Below, piece by piece: positions 13,853 through 27,754 of a DNA stretch of 64,000 nt; the first letter of the stretch is position 1, and every line of letters starts with the position of its first letter. The notes beneath the pieces were generated by a model, which saw only the letters and a program-made list of their open reading frames with translations, was not told the DNA's origin and made no database searches. This stretch comes from Mobula hypostoma (lineage: Eukaryota): contig NC_086097.1 in NCBI RefSeq assembly GCF_963921235.1, positions 992,001 through 1,056,000 of the forward strand. The letters are read 5' to 3'. A program made the position numbers and the translations under genes.

Positions 13853-14001
13853 TAACTATAGCCCTTCCTGGTAACATCCAAGTGAATTTCTATTGCTACC
13901 ACTTCCTTTCCATAATGCAGTAACCGAAACCATGTGCTTTATGTACATCTGAAACATGATGGCCCAACTCTTCAACTCAATGCATAGCCTATGGAGTTAA
14001 G

Positions 14002-14500
14002 CGTAAAGATGAAGCCACACTCAGGTTTGGAGGAACAACACCTTATATTCTGTCTGGGTAGCCTCCAACCTGATGGCATGAACATTGACTTCTCAAACTT
14101 CCGCTAATGCCCCACCTCCCCCTCGTACCCCATCCGTAATGTATATACTCATATTCTTTTTCTCTCTCTCCTTTTTCTCCCTCTGTCCCTCTCACTATAC
14201 CCCTGGCCCATCCTCTGTTTTTCCCCCCCTCTCCCTTTTCTTTCTCCCTGGGCCTCCTGTCCCATGATCCTCCCATATCCCTTTTGCCAATCACCTGCCC
14301 AGCTCTTGGCTCCATCCCTCCCCCTCCTGTCTTCTCATCATTTCGGATCTCCCCCTCCCCCTCCCACTTCCAAATCTCTTACTAGCTTTCCTTTCAGTTA
14401 ATCCTGACGAAGGGTCTCAGCCCGAAGCGTCGACTGTACCTCTTCCTGGAGATGCTGCGTGGCCTGCTGCGTTCACCAGCAATTTTTGTGTGTGTTGCTT
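14002..14500 (+). mobile_element. Penelope-like element 3' fragment (end of GIY-YIG, pLTR with mutated hammerhead at ~14403-14436)
   Basis: EEQHLIFCLGSLQPDGMNIDFSNFR*, CT-rich tract, then ctgacga-agggtctcagccc-gaag-cgtc. Confidence 0.8.
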
Positions 14501-15207
14501 AAGCATACCAATGCCTTCTTCACTAACCTGTGCACCAGTGTAACCACTTCCTGCAAGGATGGACTTGCTCCCAAAGGTCTCTTTGTACATAAAGTCATAG
14601 AGAAGCACAGCACAGAAATAGGCCATTCAGTTCATCTGATCCATGCCGCAACTATTTAAAACGCCAACTATCCGTATACATCTATCCAAACTTTTCTTAA
14701 ACATTGAAACCAAGCTTGCAATACACTATTTGTGCTGGCAGCTCATTCCACACTCTCATGACCCTCTGAGTGAAGAAATTTCCCCTCAGACTTTTCATCT
14801 ATCACACTGACCACTGGTTGTAGTCCCACTCAACCTCAGTGAAAAATGCCTGCATGCATTTACCCTACTTGTACCCCTCAAAATCCTGTATAACTCTATC
14901 AAATCTCCTCTCAATTTTCTACGTTCTAAAGAATACAGTCCTAACCTATTCAATCTTTCCTTATTGCTCAGGTCCTCCTGACCCGGCAACATCCTTTTAA
15001 ATTTTCTCTGCACTCTTTCAACCTTGTTTACATTAGCCTCAGTGGTTGGGAAAGTGTTGGAGTCCATTATTAAGGATGAGGTTTAGGGGTACTTGGAGAC
15101 GAATGTTAAAATAAGTCAAAATCAGCATAGTTTCTATAAAGGGAAATCTTGCCTGACAAATCCGTTATAATTCTTCAAGGAAGTAATAAGCAGGGTGGAC
15201 AAAGGAG

Positions 15208-18092
15208 ACAATAGACAATAGGTGCAGGAGTAGGCCATTCGGCCCTTTGAGCCACCACCACCATTCACTGTGATCATGGCTGATCATCCACAATCTGTAC
15301 CCCGTTCCTGCCTTCTCCACTATCTTTAAGAGCTCTATCTATCTCTTTCTTGAAAGCATCCAGAGAATTGGCCTCCCCTGCTTTCAGAGGCAGAGCATTC
15401 CACAGATCCACAACTCCCTGGGTGAAAAAGTTTTTTCTCAACTCTGTTCTAAATGTTCTTCATCAGCAAGACGAAGGAATTGGTTGCTGACTTCAAAAGG
15501 AGTAGCGGACCGCACGACCCAATTTACATCAGTGGTGCGCAAGTGGAACAGGTCAAAAGCTTTAAGTTCCTCGGGGTCAATATCACAAATGACCTGACTT
15601 AGTCCAACCAAGCAGAGTCCACTGCCAAGAAGGCCCACCAGCACCTTTACTTCCTGAGAAAACTGAAGAAATTTGGCCTGTCCCCTAAAACCCTCATTAA
15701 TTTTTATAGATGCACTGTAGAAAGCATTCTTCTAGGGTGCATCACAACCTGGTATGGAAGTTTTCCTGTCCAAGACCGGAAGAAGCTGCAGAAGATTGTG
15801 AACACGGCACAGCACATCACACAAACCAATCTTCCGTCCTTGGACTCACTTTACACTGCATGCTGTCAGAGCAGTGCTGCCAAGATAATCAAGGACACGA
15901 CCCACCTGGCCAACAAACTTTTCGTCCCTCTTCCCTCTGGGAGAAGGTTCAGGAGCTTGAAGACTCGTACAGCCAGATTTGGGAACAGCTTCTTCCCAAC
16001 TGTGATAAGACTGCTGAACGGATCCTGACCCGGATCTGGGCCGTAGCCTCCAAATATCCGGACCTGCCTCTCGGTTTTTTTTGCACTACCTTACTTTCCA
16101 TTTTTCTATTTTCTATTTATGATTTAAAATTTAAATTTTTAATATTTACTAACTATTTGTAATTCAGGGAGCGGGAAGCGCAGAATCACATACTGCTGTG
16201 ATGATTGTACGTTCCAGTATCAATTGTTTGGTGACAATAAAGTATAAATGGCCTACCCCTTATTCTCAAATTGTGGCCTCTGGTTCTGGACTCCCCCAAC
16301 ATCAGGAACATGTTTCCTGCCTCTAGCGTGTCCAATCCCTTAATAATCTTATATGTTTCAATCAGATCCCCTCTCATCCTTCTAAATTCCAGTGTATACA
16401 AACCCAGTCGCTCCAATCTTTCAACATATGACTGTCCCGCCATCCCGGGAATTAACCTCATGAACCTGCGCTGCACTCCCTCAATAGCAAGAATGTCCTT
16501 CCTCAAATTTGGAGACCAAAACTGCACACAATACTCCAGGTGTGGTCTCACCAGGGCCTTGTACAACTGCAGAAGGACCCCTTTGCTCCTATACTCAATT
16601 CCCCTTGTTATGAAGGCCAACATGCCATTAGCTTTCTTCACTGCCTGCTGTACCTGCATGCTTACTTTCAGTGACTGATGAACAAGGACACCCAGATCTA
16701 GTTGTACTTCCCCTTTTCCTAACTTGACACCATTCAGATAGTAATCTGCCTTCCTGTTGTTGCCACCAAAGTGGATAACCTCACATTTATCCACATTAAA
16801 CTGCATCTGCCATGCATCTGCCCACTCACCCAACCTGTCCAAGTCACCCTGCATTCTTATAACATCCTCCTCACATTTCACACTGCCTCCCAGCTTTGTG
16901 TCATCTGCAAATTTGCTAATGTTACTTTTAAACCCTTCATCTAAATCATTAATGTATATTGTAAATAGCTGCTGTCCCAGCACCAAGCCTTGAGGTACAC
17001 CACTAGTCACTGCCTGCCATTCTGAAAGGGACCTATTAATCTCTACTCTGTTTCTTGTCTGCCAACTAATTTTCTATCCATGTCAGTACCCTACCCCCAA
17101 TACCATGTGCTCCAATTTTGCCCACTAATCTCCTATGTGGGACCTTATCAAAGGCTTTCTGAAAGTCCAGGTACACTACATCCACTGGCTCTCCCTTGTC
17201 TATTTTCATAGTTACATCCTCAAAAAAATTCCAGACGATTAGTCAAGCATGATTTCCCCTTCGTAAATCCATGCTGACTCGGACAATCCTGTTACTGCTA
17301 TCCAAATGTGCTGCTATTTCATCTTTTATAATTAACTCCAGCATCTTCCCCACCACTGATGTCCGGCTAACTGGTCTATAATTCCCTGTTTTCTCTCTCT
17401 CTCTTCTTTCTTAAAAAGTGGGATAACATTAGCTACCCTCCAATCCACAGGAACTGATCCTGAATCTATAGAACATTGGAAAGTGATTACCAATGCGTCC
17501 ACAATTTCTAGAGCCACCTCCTTAAGCACCCTGGGATGCAGACCATCAGGCCCCGGGGATTTATCAGCCTTCAGTCCCATCAGTCTATCCAACACCATTT
17601 TCTGCCTGATGTGAATTTCCTTCAGTTCCTCCGTTACCCTACGTCCTCTGGCCACTATTACATCTGGGAGATTGTTTGTGTCTTCCCTAGTGAATTCAGA
17701 TCCAAAGTAGCTGTTCAACTCGTCTGCCATTTCTTTGTCCCCCATAATAAATTCACCCGTTTCTGTCTTCAAGGGCCCAAATTTGGTCTTAACTAATATT
17801 TTCCCTCTTCACATAACCAAAGAAGCTTTTATTATCCTCCTTTATATTCTTGGCTAGCTTACCTTTGTACCTCATCTTTTCTCCCCGAATTGCCTTTTTA
17901 GTTATCTTCTGTTGCTCTTTAAAAGTTTCCCAATCTTCTGGCTTCCTGCTCATCTTTGCTATGTTATACTTCTTCTCTTTTATTTTTATACTGTCCTTGT
18001 CAGCCACGGTTGCCCCTTACCCCCCTTATAATCCTTCTTCCTCTTTGGAAAGAACTGATCCTGCACCTTCTGTATTATTCCCAGAAATACCT
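15208..18092 (-). mobile_element. CR1 LINE (family D) RT and 3'UTR, interrupted by a Rex1 element
   Basis: ORFs 16186-17010, 17332-17772, 17789-18007; gacaatagacaatagg tail at 15208. Confidence 0.9.
15456..16244 (+). mobile_element. Rex1/Babar LINE 3' fragment with a 6-bp TSD
   Basis: KTKELVADF…FKFLGVNI…HLYFLRKLKKF…RFGNSFFPTVIRLLN; AATAAA at 16236; TSD taaatg at 15450-55 and 16245-50. Confidence 0.85.
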
Positions 18093-18384
18093 GCCAGTGG
18101 ATGTCATTTACTTGGATTTTCAGAAGGCATTTGATAAGGTGCCACACATGAGGCTGCTTAACAAGATAAAATCCCTTGGCATTACAGGAAAGATACTGGC
18201 ATGGATAGAGGAATAGCTGACAGGCAGGAGGCAGTGAGTGGGAATAAAAGGGACTTTCTCTGGTTGGCTGCCAGTGACTAGTGGTGTTCCTCAGGGGTCA
18301 GTATTGGGACTGCTACTTTTCACATTGTTTGTCAATGATTCAGATAATGGAATTGATGGCTTTGTGGCCATCAATTCCAAGTTT

Positions 18385-21195
18385 GCAGAGACATGGCTCC
18401 AGGGTGACCAAGGATGGGAGCTCAACGTTCAGGGATATTCAATATTCAGGAGGGATAGACATGAAGGAAGGGGAGGTGGGGTGGCGTTGCTGGTTAAAGA
18501 AGAGATTAATGCAATAGAAAGGAGGGACATAAGCCGGGAAGATGTGGAATCGATATGGGTAGAGCTGCGTAACACTAAGGGGCAGAAGACGCTGGTGGGA
18601 GTTGTGTACAGGCCACCTAACAGTAGTAGTGAGGTCAGAGATGGTATTAAACAGGAAATTAGAACTGTGTGCAATAAAGGAACAGCAGTTATAATGGGTG
18701 ACTTCAATCTACATGTAGATTGGGTGAACCAAATTGGTAAAGGTGCTGAGGAAGAGGATTTCTTGGAAGGTATGCGGTATGGTTTTTTGAACCAACATGT
18801 CGAGAAACCAACTGGAGAGCAGGCTATTCTGGACTGGGTTTTGAGCAATGAGGAAGGGTTAATTAGCAATCTTGTCGTGAGAGGCCCCTTGGGTAAGAGT
18901 GACCATAATATGGTGGAATTCTTCATTAACATGGAGAGTGACATAGTTAATTCAGAAACAAAGGTTCTGAACTTAAAGAGGGGTAACTTTGAAGGTATGA
19001 GACGTGAATTAGCTAAGATAGACTGGCAAATGACACTTAAAGGATTGACGGTGGATATGCAATGGCAAGCATTTAAAGGTTGCATGGATGAACTAGAACA
19101 ATTGTTCATCCCAGTTTGGCAAAAGAATAAATCAAGGAAGGTAGTGCACCCGTGGCTGACAAGAGAAATTAGGGATAGTATCAATTCCAAAGAAGAAGCA
19201 TACAAATTAGCCAGAGAAAGTGGCTCACCTGAGGACTGGGAGAAATTCAGAGTTCAGCAGAGAAGGACAAAGGGCTTAATTAGGAAGGGGAAAGAAGATT
19301 ATGAGAGAAAACTGGCAGGGAACATAAAAACTGACTGTAAAAGCTTTTATAGATATGTAAAAAGGAAGAGACTGGTAAAGACAAATTTAGGTCCCCTACA
19401 GACAGAAAGAGGTGAATTGATTATGGGGAGCAAGGACATGGCAGACCAATTGAATAATTACTTTGGTTCTGTCTTCACTAAGGAGGACATAAATAATCTT
19501 CCAGAAATAGTAGGGGACAGAGGGTCCAGTGAGATGGAGGAACTGAGCGAAATACATGTTAGTAGGGAAGTGGTGTTAGGTAAATTGAAGGGATTGAAGG
19601 CAGATAAATCCCCAGGGCCAGATGGTCTGCATCCTAGAGTGCTTAAGGAAGTAGCCCAAGAAATAGTGGATGCATTAGTGATAATTTTTCAAAACTCGTT
19701 AGATTCTGGACTAGTTCCTGAGGATTGGAGGGTGGCTAATGTAACCCCACTTTTTAAAAAAGGAGGGAGAGAGAAACCGGGGAATTATAGACCAGTTAGC
19801 CTAACGTCAGTGGTGGGGAAACTGCTGGAGTCAGTTATCAAAGATGTGATAACAGCACATTTGGAAAGCGGTGAAATCATCGGACAAAGTCAGCATGGAT
19901 TTGTGAAAGGAAAATCATGTCTGACGAATCTCATAGAATTTTTTGAGGATGTAACTAGTAGAGTGGATAGGGGAGAACCAGTGGATGTGGTATATTTGGA
20001 TTTTCAAAAGGCTTTTGACAAGGTCCCACACAGGAGATTAGTGTGCAAACTTAAAGCACACGGTATTGGGGGTAAGGTATTGACGTGGATGGAGAATTGG
20101 TTAGCAGACAGGAAGCAAAGAGTGGGAATAAACGGGACCTTTTCAGAATGGCAGGCGGTGACTAGTGGGGTACCGCAAGGCTCAGTGCTGGGACCCCAGT
20201 TGTTTACAATATATATTAATGACTTGGATGAGGGAATTAAATGCAGCATCTCCAAGTTTGCAGATGACACGAAGCTGGGTGGCAGTGTTAGCTGTGAGGA
20301 GGATGCTAAGAGGATGCAGAGTGACTTGGATAGGTTGGGTGAGTGGGCAAATTCATGGCAGATGCAATTTAATGTGGATAAATGTGAAGTTATCCACTTT
20401 GGTGGCAAAAATAGGAAAACAGATTATTATCTGAATGGTGGCCGATTAGGAAAAGGAGAGGTGCAACGAGACCTGGGTGTCATTATACACCAGTCATTGA
20501 AAGTGGGCATGCAGGTACAGCAGGCGGTGAAAAAGGCGAATGGTATGCTGGCATTTATAGCAAGAGGATTCGAGTACAGGAGCAGGGAGGTCCTACTGCA
20601 GTTGTACAAGGCCTTGGTGAGACCACACCTGGAGTATTGTGTGCAGTTTTGGTCCCCTAATCTGAGGGAAGACATCCTTGCCATAGAGAGAGTACAAAGA
20701 AGGTTCACCAGATTGATTCCTGGGATGGCAGGACTTTCATATGAAGAAAGACTGGATGAACTGGGCTTGTACTCGTTGGAATTTAGAAGATTGAGGGGGG
20801 ATCTGATTGAAACGTATAAAATCCTAAAGGGATTGGACAGGATAGATGCAGGAAGATTGTTCCCGATGTTGGGAAAGTCCAGAACAGGGGGTCACAGTTT
20901 GAGGATAAAGGGGAAGCCTTTTAGGACTGAGATTAGGAAAAACTTCTTCACACAAGAGAGTGGTGTATCGGTGGAATTCTCTGCCACAGGAAACAGTTGA
21001 GGCCAGTTCATTGGCTATATTTAAGAGGGAGTTAGATATGGCCCTTGTGGCTACGGGGATCAGGGGGTATGGAGGGAAGGCTGGGGCGGGGTTCTGAGTT
21101 GGATGATCAGCCATGATCATAATAAATGGCGGTGCAGGCTCGAAGGGCCGAATGGCCTACTCCTGCATCTATTTTCTATGCTTCTATGTTTCTAT
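18385..21195 (+). mobile_element. Young CR1 LINE (family E), ~870 uninterrupted codons of EN-RT, truncated just before the ETWL motif
   Basis: ORF 18238..21000; the only obvious lesion is a late frameshift near 20955; (ttctatg)n tail. Confidence 0.95.
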
Positions 21196-22980
21196 ACAAG
21201 TATGTGAAGAGCAAGAGAATAAGACATGAGAGAATAGGACCAATCAAGCGTGACAATGAAATGTGTGTATGGAGCCGGAGGAGAGAGCAGAGGTACTTAA
21301 TGAATACTTTGCTTCAGTATTCACTACGGAAAAGGATCTTGGCGATTGTAGGGGTGACTTACAGTGGATTGAAAAGCTTGAACATATAGACAGTAAGAAA
21401 GAGGATATGCTGGAACTTCTGGAAAGCATCAAGATGGATTAGTCTCCAGGACCGGATGGGATGTACCCCAGGCTACTGTGGGAAGCGAGGGAGTAGATTG
21501 CTGAGCCTCTTTCAATGATCTTTGCATCATCAATGGGGACAGGAGAGGTTCCGGAGCATTGGAGGGTTATAAATGTTGTTCACTTTTTCAAGAAAGGGAG
21601 TAGTGATAGCCCAGGAAATTATAGACCAGTGAGTCTTACCTCAGTGGTTGGTAAGTTGATGGAAAAGATCCCAAGAGGCAGGTTTTATGAAAATTTGGAG
21701 AGGCATAATATGATTAGGAATAGTCAGCATGGCTTTGTCAAAGGCAGATCTTGCATTATGAGCCTGATTGAATTTTTTGAGGATGTGACTAAACACGTTG
21801 ATGAAGGTAGAGCAGTAGATGTAGTGTATTTGAATTTCAGCAAGGCATTTGATAAGGTACCCCATGCAAGGCTTACTGAGAAGGCAAGGAGGCATGGGAT
21901 CCAAGGGGACCTTACTTTGTGGATCCAAAATTGGTTTGCCCACAGAAGGCAAAGAGTAGATGGGTCATATTCTGCATGGAGGTCGGTCACCAGTGGTGTG
22001 CCTCAGAGATCTGTTCTGAGACCCCTTCTCTTTGTGATTTTTATAAATGACCTGGATGAGGAAGTGGAGGGCTAGTAAATTTGCTGATGACACAAAGATT
22101 GAGGTGTTGTGGATAGTGTGGAGGGCTGTCAGAGTTTACAGCGGGACATCGACAAGATGCAAAACTGGGCTGAGAAGTGGCAGATGGGGTTCAACCCAGA
22201 TAAGTGTGAGGTGGTTCATTTTGGTAGGTCAAATATGATGGCAGAATGTAGTATTAATGGTAAGACTCCTGGCAGTGTGGAGGATCAGAGGGATCTTGGG
22301 GCATGAATCCATAGGACGCTCAAAGCAGCTGCGCAGGTTGACTCTGTGGTTAAGAAGGCATACAGTGCATTGGCCTTCATCAACCGTGGGATTGAGTTTA
22401 AGAGCCGAGAGGTAATGTTACAGCTATATAGGACCCTGAACAGACCCCACTTGGAGTACTGTGCTCAGTTCTGGTCACTTCACTACAGGAAGGATGTGGA
22501 GACTATAGAAAGGGTGCAGAGGAGATTTACAAGGATGTTGCCTGGATTGAGGAGCATGCCTTATGAGAATAGGTTGAGTGAACTCGGCCTTTTCTTCTTG
22601 GAGCGGCGGAGGATGAGAGGTGACCTGAAAGAGGTGTATAAGATGATGAGAGGCATTGACCGTGTGGATAGTCAGAGGGTTTGTACCAGTGCTGAAATGG
22701 ATAGCACGAGAGGGCACAGTTTTAAGGTGCTTGGAAGTAGGTACAGAGGAGATGTCATGGGCAAGTTTTTTCAGTCAGAGAGTAAATGTGGAATGGGCTG
22801 CCTGCAACGGTGGTGGAGACAGATACAATAGGGTCTTTTGAGAGACTCCTGGATAGGTACATGGAGCTTAGAAAAATAGAGGGCTATGGGTAACCCTAGG
22901 TAATTTCTAAAGTAAGTACAGCATTGTGGGCCAAAGGGCCTGTATTGTGCTGTAGGTTTTCTATGTTCTGTGTTTCTGTA
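21196..22980 (+). mobile_element. CR1 LINE (family F) RT and 3'UTR, decayed
   Basis: ORFs 21515-22075, 22109-22306, 22346-22831; ttctatgttctgtg tail. Confidence 0.9.
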
Positions 22981-25400
22981 CAAAGATAGGAGGAGGGGTA
23001 GGTAATGCTGAGAAAGCAATGTGATTGCAGAAGGACTTAGACGAGTTAGAAGAATGGGCAAAAAAGTGGCAGATGGAATACAGTGTTGGGAAATGTACGA
23101 TAATGCATTTTGGTAAAAGGAACAAAAGTGCAGTCTATTACCTAAATGGAAGAAAGTTCAAACATCAGAAATGCAAACGGACTTAGGAGTCTTCGTACAA
23201 GACTCCCAGAAGGTTAATTTACAGGTTGAGTCTGTGGTAAAGAAGGTAAATGCAATGTTGGCATTCATTTCAAAGGGAATAGAATATAAAAGCAAGGAGA
23301 TAATGCTGAGACTTTAGAAGCCACGAGTCAGGCTACACTTGCAGTATTCTCAACAGGTTTGTGCCCCATATCACAGAAAGGATTTCTTTTCATTGGAGAG
23401 ATTCTAGAGAAGGTTCACAAGGATGATTCAGGGAATGGAGCATTTGGCAGCTTTTGGCCTGAACTCACCGGAACACACACTCCGTTGATAACAAACCCCA
23501 TTCTGATTCTGAGTGCGGAGGCATCTCATTGAAACCTATCGAATGTTGAAAGGACTAAATAACGTGGATGTGGAGAGGATGTTTCCTATGGTGGGGGGTG
23601 TCCAGAACTAGCAGGCACAGACTCAAAATTGTTGGGTGACCCTTTAGAACAGAGGTAAGGAGGAATTATTTTAGCTAGAGAGCAGTGTATGTGTGGAATG
23701 CACTGCCACAGCTGTGGAGGCCAAGAACGTGGGTATATTTAAAGCATACAAGTTTCCTGACTGGTCAGGGCATCAAAGGTAATGGCAAAAAGGCAGGTGT
23801 ATGGGGTTGAGTGGGAACTGGGATCAGCCATGATGGAATGGCGGAACAGACTCAATGGGCTGAATGGCCTAATCTAGCTCCCATGTATTATGGGTGACCG
23901 AAGCTGCACACAACACTCCAAATTAGGCCTCAACAACTTAATTACTTCCCATCTCCTGTACTGATTACTTTGATTTATGAAAGCGAATGTGCCAAAAGCT
24001 TTCTTCACGATCCTACTTACCTGTGAAGCCACCTTCAATGAATTATGTACCTGTTTTCCCAGATCCCATTGTTCTATCACTCCTCAGTGCCGTACCATTC
24101 ACTGTATAAGACCTACCCTGGTTGAAACCTCTCACTTGTCTGCATTAAATTCCATCTGCCATTTTTCCAGCAAATGCTGATCCCTCTGCAAGGCATGATA
24201 GCCTCACTATCCACCTTACCAGAAACCACCTGTCTCGATCCACAGTTGCCAGATCTTTTGTAATACCATCAAAATTGGCTTTACTCCAACTTAGAATCTC
24301 AGCCTGCGGACCAGACCTATCTTTTTGCATATTTACTTTGAAACTCATGGCATTGTGGTCACTAGATGCAAAATGTTCCCCTACACAAACTTCTGTCACC
24401 TACCAGTCTCATTCCCTAATAGCAGATTGATTGTCGCATGCTCTCTCATTCGGACATACTGATGAAGGAAACTTTCCTGAACATATCTGACAAACTGTAT
24501 CCCATCTAGTCGTTTTACAGTATGGGTTCCCAGTCCATGTGTGCAAAGTTAAAATTACCCACATAACAAGCTTATGTTTCTTGCAACAGTCTGCAATCTT
24601 GTTACAAGTTTGTTTCTCTAAATGCTTAGAACTGTTGGTGCTCTGCAGTACAGCCTCACTAATGTGATCATACCTTTCTTATTTCTCAGTTCTACCCATA
24701 ACAGCTCACTACTCGAGTTCTCCAGTCGGTCCTGATGACATCTTCCCTGACGAGTAACGCCACCCCTCCTCCTTTAATCCCTCCTGCTCCGTCACGTTTA
24801 AAACAATGGATCCCCGGAATACTGAGCTGCCAGTCCTGCCCCTCCTGTAACCAAGTTTCACTAATGGCTATAATGTCATAATTCCAGGTGTTGATCCATG
24901 CCCTGAGCTCATTTGCCTTCAACTCTTCTCAGCCCCTACCATTTATTCTACATGTCCTAACAGAATTTGACTCTCCCAAGTGTATTACCTCACATGTCCG
25001 GATTAAATTCTATCTGCCACAACCAACTTCCCAGCTGATCTATGATGTGCTGTATCCTTGCCATCTACAGCTCCACCAATTTCTGGGTCATTTTCAGACT
25101 GTTAACTGTTATTCTGCCAGTCACAACCATGGGTACAGATGTATAACACAGTATTACGTGTCTATCATGCCACTGTAGCCTTACCCTTTACAACACAATA
25201 TCCTGCATATAACATTTTATTTTTATATGGTGTGTAAAGCCATTCACACACATTACCCCATGTACTACACAGCACAGAACAGTTAACCCATACCATACTG
25301 TGACGTGCATGGAGCGGTGCACAAACTGCTGGCTAAATATTGCATTGCACACCCTAAGATAATGATTCACAGGATACTGTACTGGGTGGGAGTCCTATAC

Positions 25401-25552
25401 CTCGTGGTCAATATTCAGATGATCCAGATCTGCCAGAGGGTGCATGGAGGGTCGTCCGTGAGCACACTGGAATGGCAGGTCGCAGCTGGCCAGCGAGTCG
25501 ATGAGGCTCCTACACTCGTCCACACTCAGTGTATCCCCAAACTTCACTGCCC
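25401..25552 (-). CDS. MLH3: MLH3 coding exon (equivalent to human exon 12), 152 nt: (G)[50 protein letters not shown]
   Basis: Acceptor aatgttgatAG, donor GAG|GTatag. [10 protein letters not shown] is the MLH3 form of the CxHGRP zinc motif. Not present in the ORF track. Confidence 0.96.
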
Positions 25553-25764
25553 CTATCAACATTACAGAGACAAATTAACTGAATGCAGGTGTCCAGGTGC
25601 AGCAAATAGTACATTGGCCTCAATTGCAGGAGGATTTGAGAAGGGGATATCTTGCTGAGGTAGATGGACCATTGGTGGGACCTTGTTTAGAGCTTTAGAC
25701 TCCCTGTCTGAGGAAGGTTTGCTTGTCATGGAGACAGTGCAACAAAAGTTAACTCGTTTAATTC

Positions 25765-26380
25765 CCAGGATGGCAGGACTGAGGGATACAGAGAGATTGG
25801 GTCTATTAGCTCTGTATTCACTGGAGGTTGGATCTATTAGCTCTGTATTAATTGGGATGTCAGTACCGAGAGATAGGGAGAGATTGAGTCTATTAGATCT
25901 GTATTCACTGGGGATTGGGTGTAAGATCTGTATTCACTGGAGCTTGGGTCTAAGACCTGTATTCACTGGAGGTTGGGTCTAAGACCTGTATTCACTGGAG
26001 GTTGGGTCTAAGACCTGTATTCACTGGAGGTTGGGTCTAAGATCTGTATTCACTGGAGATTGGGCCTAAGATCTGTATTTACTGGAGGTTGGGTCTAAGG
26101 TCTGTATTCACTGGAGATTGGGTCTATGATCTGTAGTCACTGGAAATTGGGTCTATTAACTATGTATTCATTGGGATATCAGAACTGAGAGATAAGGAGA
26201 GATTGGGTCTATTAGATCTGCATTCACTGGAGGTGGGAGCATTACATTTGTATTCACTGGAGACTGGGTCTATCAGCTCTGTAACCACTGGGATGGCAAG
26301 ACTGAGGGATGGGAAGAGATTGGGTCATTATTCATTGGATACTGGATCTATTGGATCTGTATTCACTGGAAATTGGGTCA
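25765..26380 (+). repeat. CR1-derived minisatellite, ~29-30-bp unit (taagacctgtattcactggaggttgggtc), in the MLH3 intron between the 79- and 152-nt exons
   Basis: Near-perfect 29-bp units at ~25922-26155 flanked by degenerate longer units; the unit corresponds to CR1 'RLGLYSLE' coding sequence. Confidence 0.9.
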
Positions 26381-26718
26381 ATCAGGTGGGACAGATGACA
26401 GGGGTATGTATATATTATCACCAGACTAGACCTGCCCAGGCATCATCCCTAATCAAGATGGCAAAAATCGAAACTTCCGTTAAGATCAATACCTGTACCC
26501 AACTGGAAGCCTGAGAAGATTTTATTCATGCAACCTTCCTCTTTTTGAGTTTTACCCATATAAACTCTGTAGATGAGCCCTTCAGTATGTCCCCTCAGAG
26601 TGCAGCTGTGATATTGTCCCTGATTAGTAGTGTAACTCCACACCCCCCCATCCTTTTACCTCCCTCTTTAACTTTTCTAAAACATAAAAACCCTAGGACA
26701 TTAAACTCACATTCCTGA

Positions 26719-27149
26719 GCAACACCTCATATACCGTCTAGGTAGTCTCCAGCCCCTTGGTATGAACACTGAATTCTCCAACTTCCTGTAATTCCCTCCC
26801 CCTCCCTTCCTCTATTCCTCTGTCATTCTGCCCCCTCCCCCAGCTGCCTATCACCTCCCTCATGGTTCCGCCTCCTTCTACTACCCATTGTGTTTTCCCC
26901 TATTCTTTCTTCACCTTTCCTGCCTATCACCTCCCTGCCTCCCTTCCCCCACCCCTTTATCTCTCCCCTTACTGATTTTTCACCTGGAACCTACCAGCCT
27001 TCTCCTTCCCACCCTCCCCCCACCTTCTTTATAGGGCCTCTGCCCCTTCCCTCTTCCGTCCTGACGAAGGGTTCCGGCCCAAAACATTGACCAATCTTTT
27101 CCACGGATGCTGCCGGACCTGCTGAGTTCCTCCAGCGAGTTGTGAGTGA
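26719..27149 (+). mobile_element. Penelope-like element fragment with an 11-bp TSD and a degenerate hammerhead (~27058-27092)
   Basis: QHLIYRLGSLQPLGMNTEFSNFL*; TSD cacattcctga at 26708-18 and 27150-60. Confidence 0.82.
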
Positions 27150-27454
27150 CACATTCCTGACCCTCCCTCAAGTCTCTGTAATGGTCACAACCTCATAGTT
27201 CCACGTACTGACCCATGCTCTGAGTTTATCACCTTTATCCATAATATCCCTAGCATTAAAATACACACACTTCAAACTATCTGTCCTGGCGTACCTATTA
27301 CTTTGCTCCTGCCTGTTTACCGGTCCTGATATCTACTTTCTGCTCCATCCTTCCACTTTCTGACCTGGTGCTCCCAAACTCCGTTTTATTACGAATAACA
27401 TTTATTTTGATCAATAAGTTCTCTTTCTCTGCTCCCCATTTCATAATGACTCAC

Positions 27455-27533
27455 CGTGGCAGGCCTGCGAAGAGAGCACCTTGAGCACAGTACGTGACAA
27501 CACACCCTGGAATCCTCCTGTTGACTGAAGCAC
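27455..27533 (-). CDS. MLH3: MLH3 coding exon (equivalent to human exon 11), 79 nt: VLQSTGGFQGVLSRTVLKVLSSQACH(G)
   Basis: Acceptor cctgtgtccAG, donor CACG|GTgagt. Contains the SQACH (ACR-type) metal-binding motif of MutL endonucleases. Confidence 0.94.
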
Positions 27534-27754
27534 CTGGACACAGGAGAGGCAAGGCCTAGATTTACTGGGGGACATGGCTGTGCCACCACTGGGGGAGAAC
27601 AAACATATCCCACCAATAGCATGCTGATGGATGGTGAAGTAAATCCACTCTCTCACTCATACCCTGTTTAACATCACTGGTATGGATTTGCCAATAGCGC
27701 ATACTCCCTGAGTTCACATGCACATTTCACTCACCCATCACCGATCTGCTCCCA

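Larger units (their letters stand above)
15035..23885 (+). mobile_element. Old CR1 (family B) RT acting as host, split into 15035-15207, 18093-18388 and ~22980-23885
   Basis: RT sequence is collinear across the insertions (gacaaaggaga|cagtggatgtc; aagtttgcaga|tacaaagatagg). Confidence 0.8.

Noticed and set aside
18238..21000. Novel or domesticated RT-endonuclease gene
   Set aside because: Ordinary 5'-truncated CR1 ORF2 with its 3'UTR and tail; the N-terminus is a chance in-frame fusion to the host repeat.
25100..25400. Possible terminal MLH3 exon in the unique sequence next to the 152-nt exon
   Set aside because: No frame resembles the expected KPNLxKL…AWxLF terminus; the last exon is probably outside the window.
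25922..26155. 29-bp direct repeats resembling a CRISPR array
   Set aside because: Repeats are head-to-tail with no unique spacers, derive from CR1 sequence, and the context is a vertebrate intron with no cas genes.
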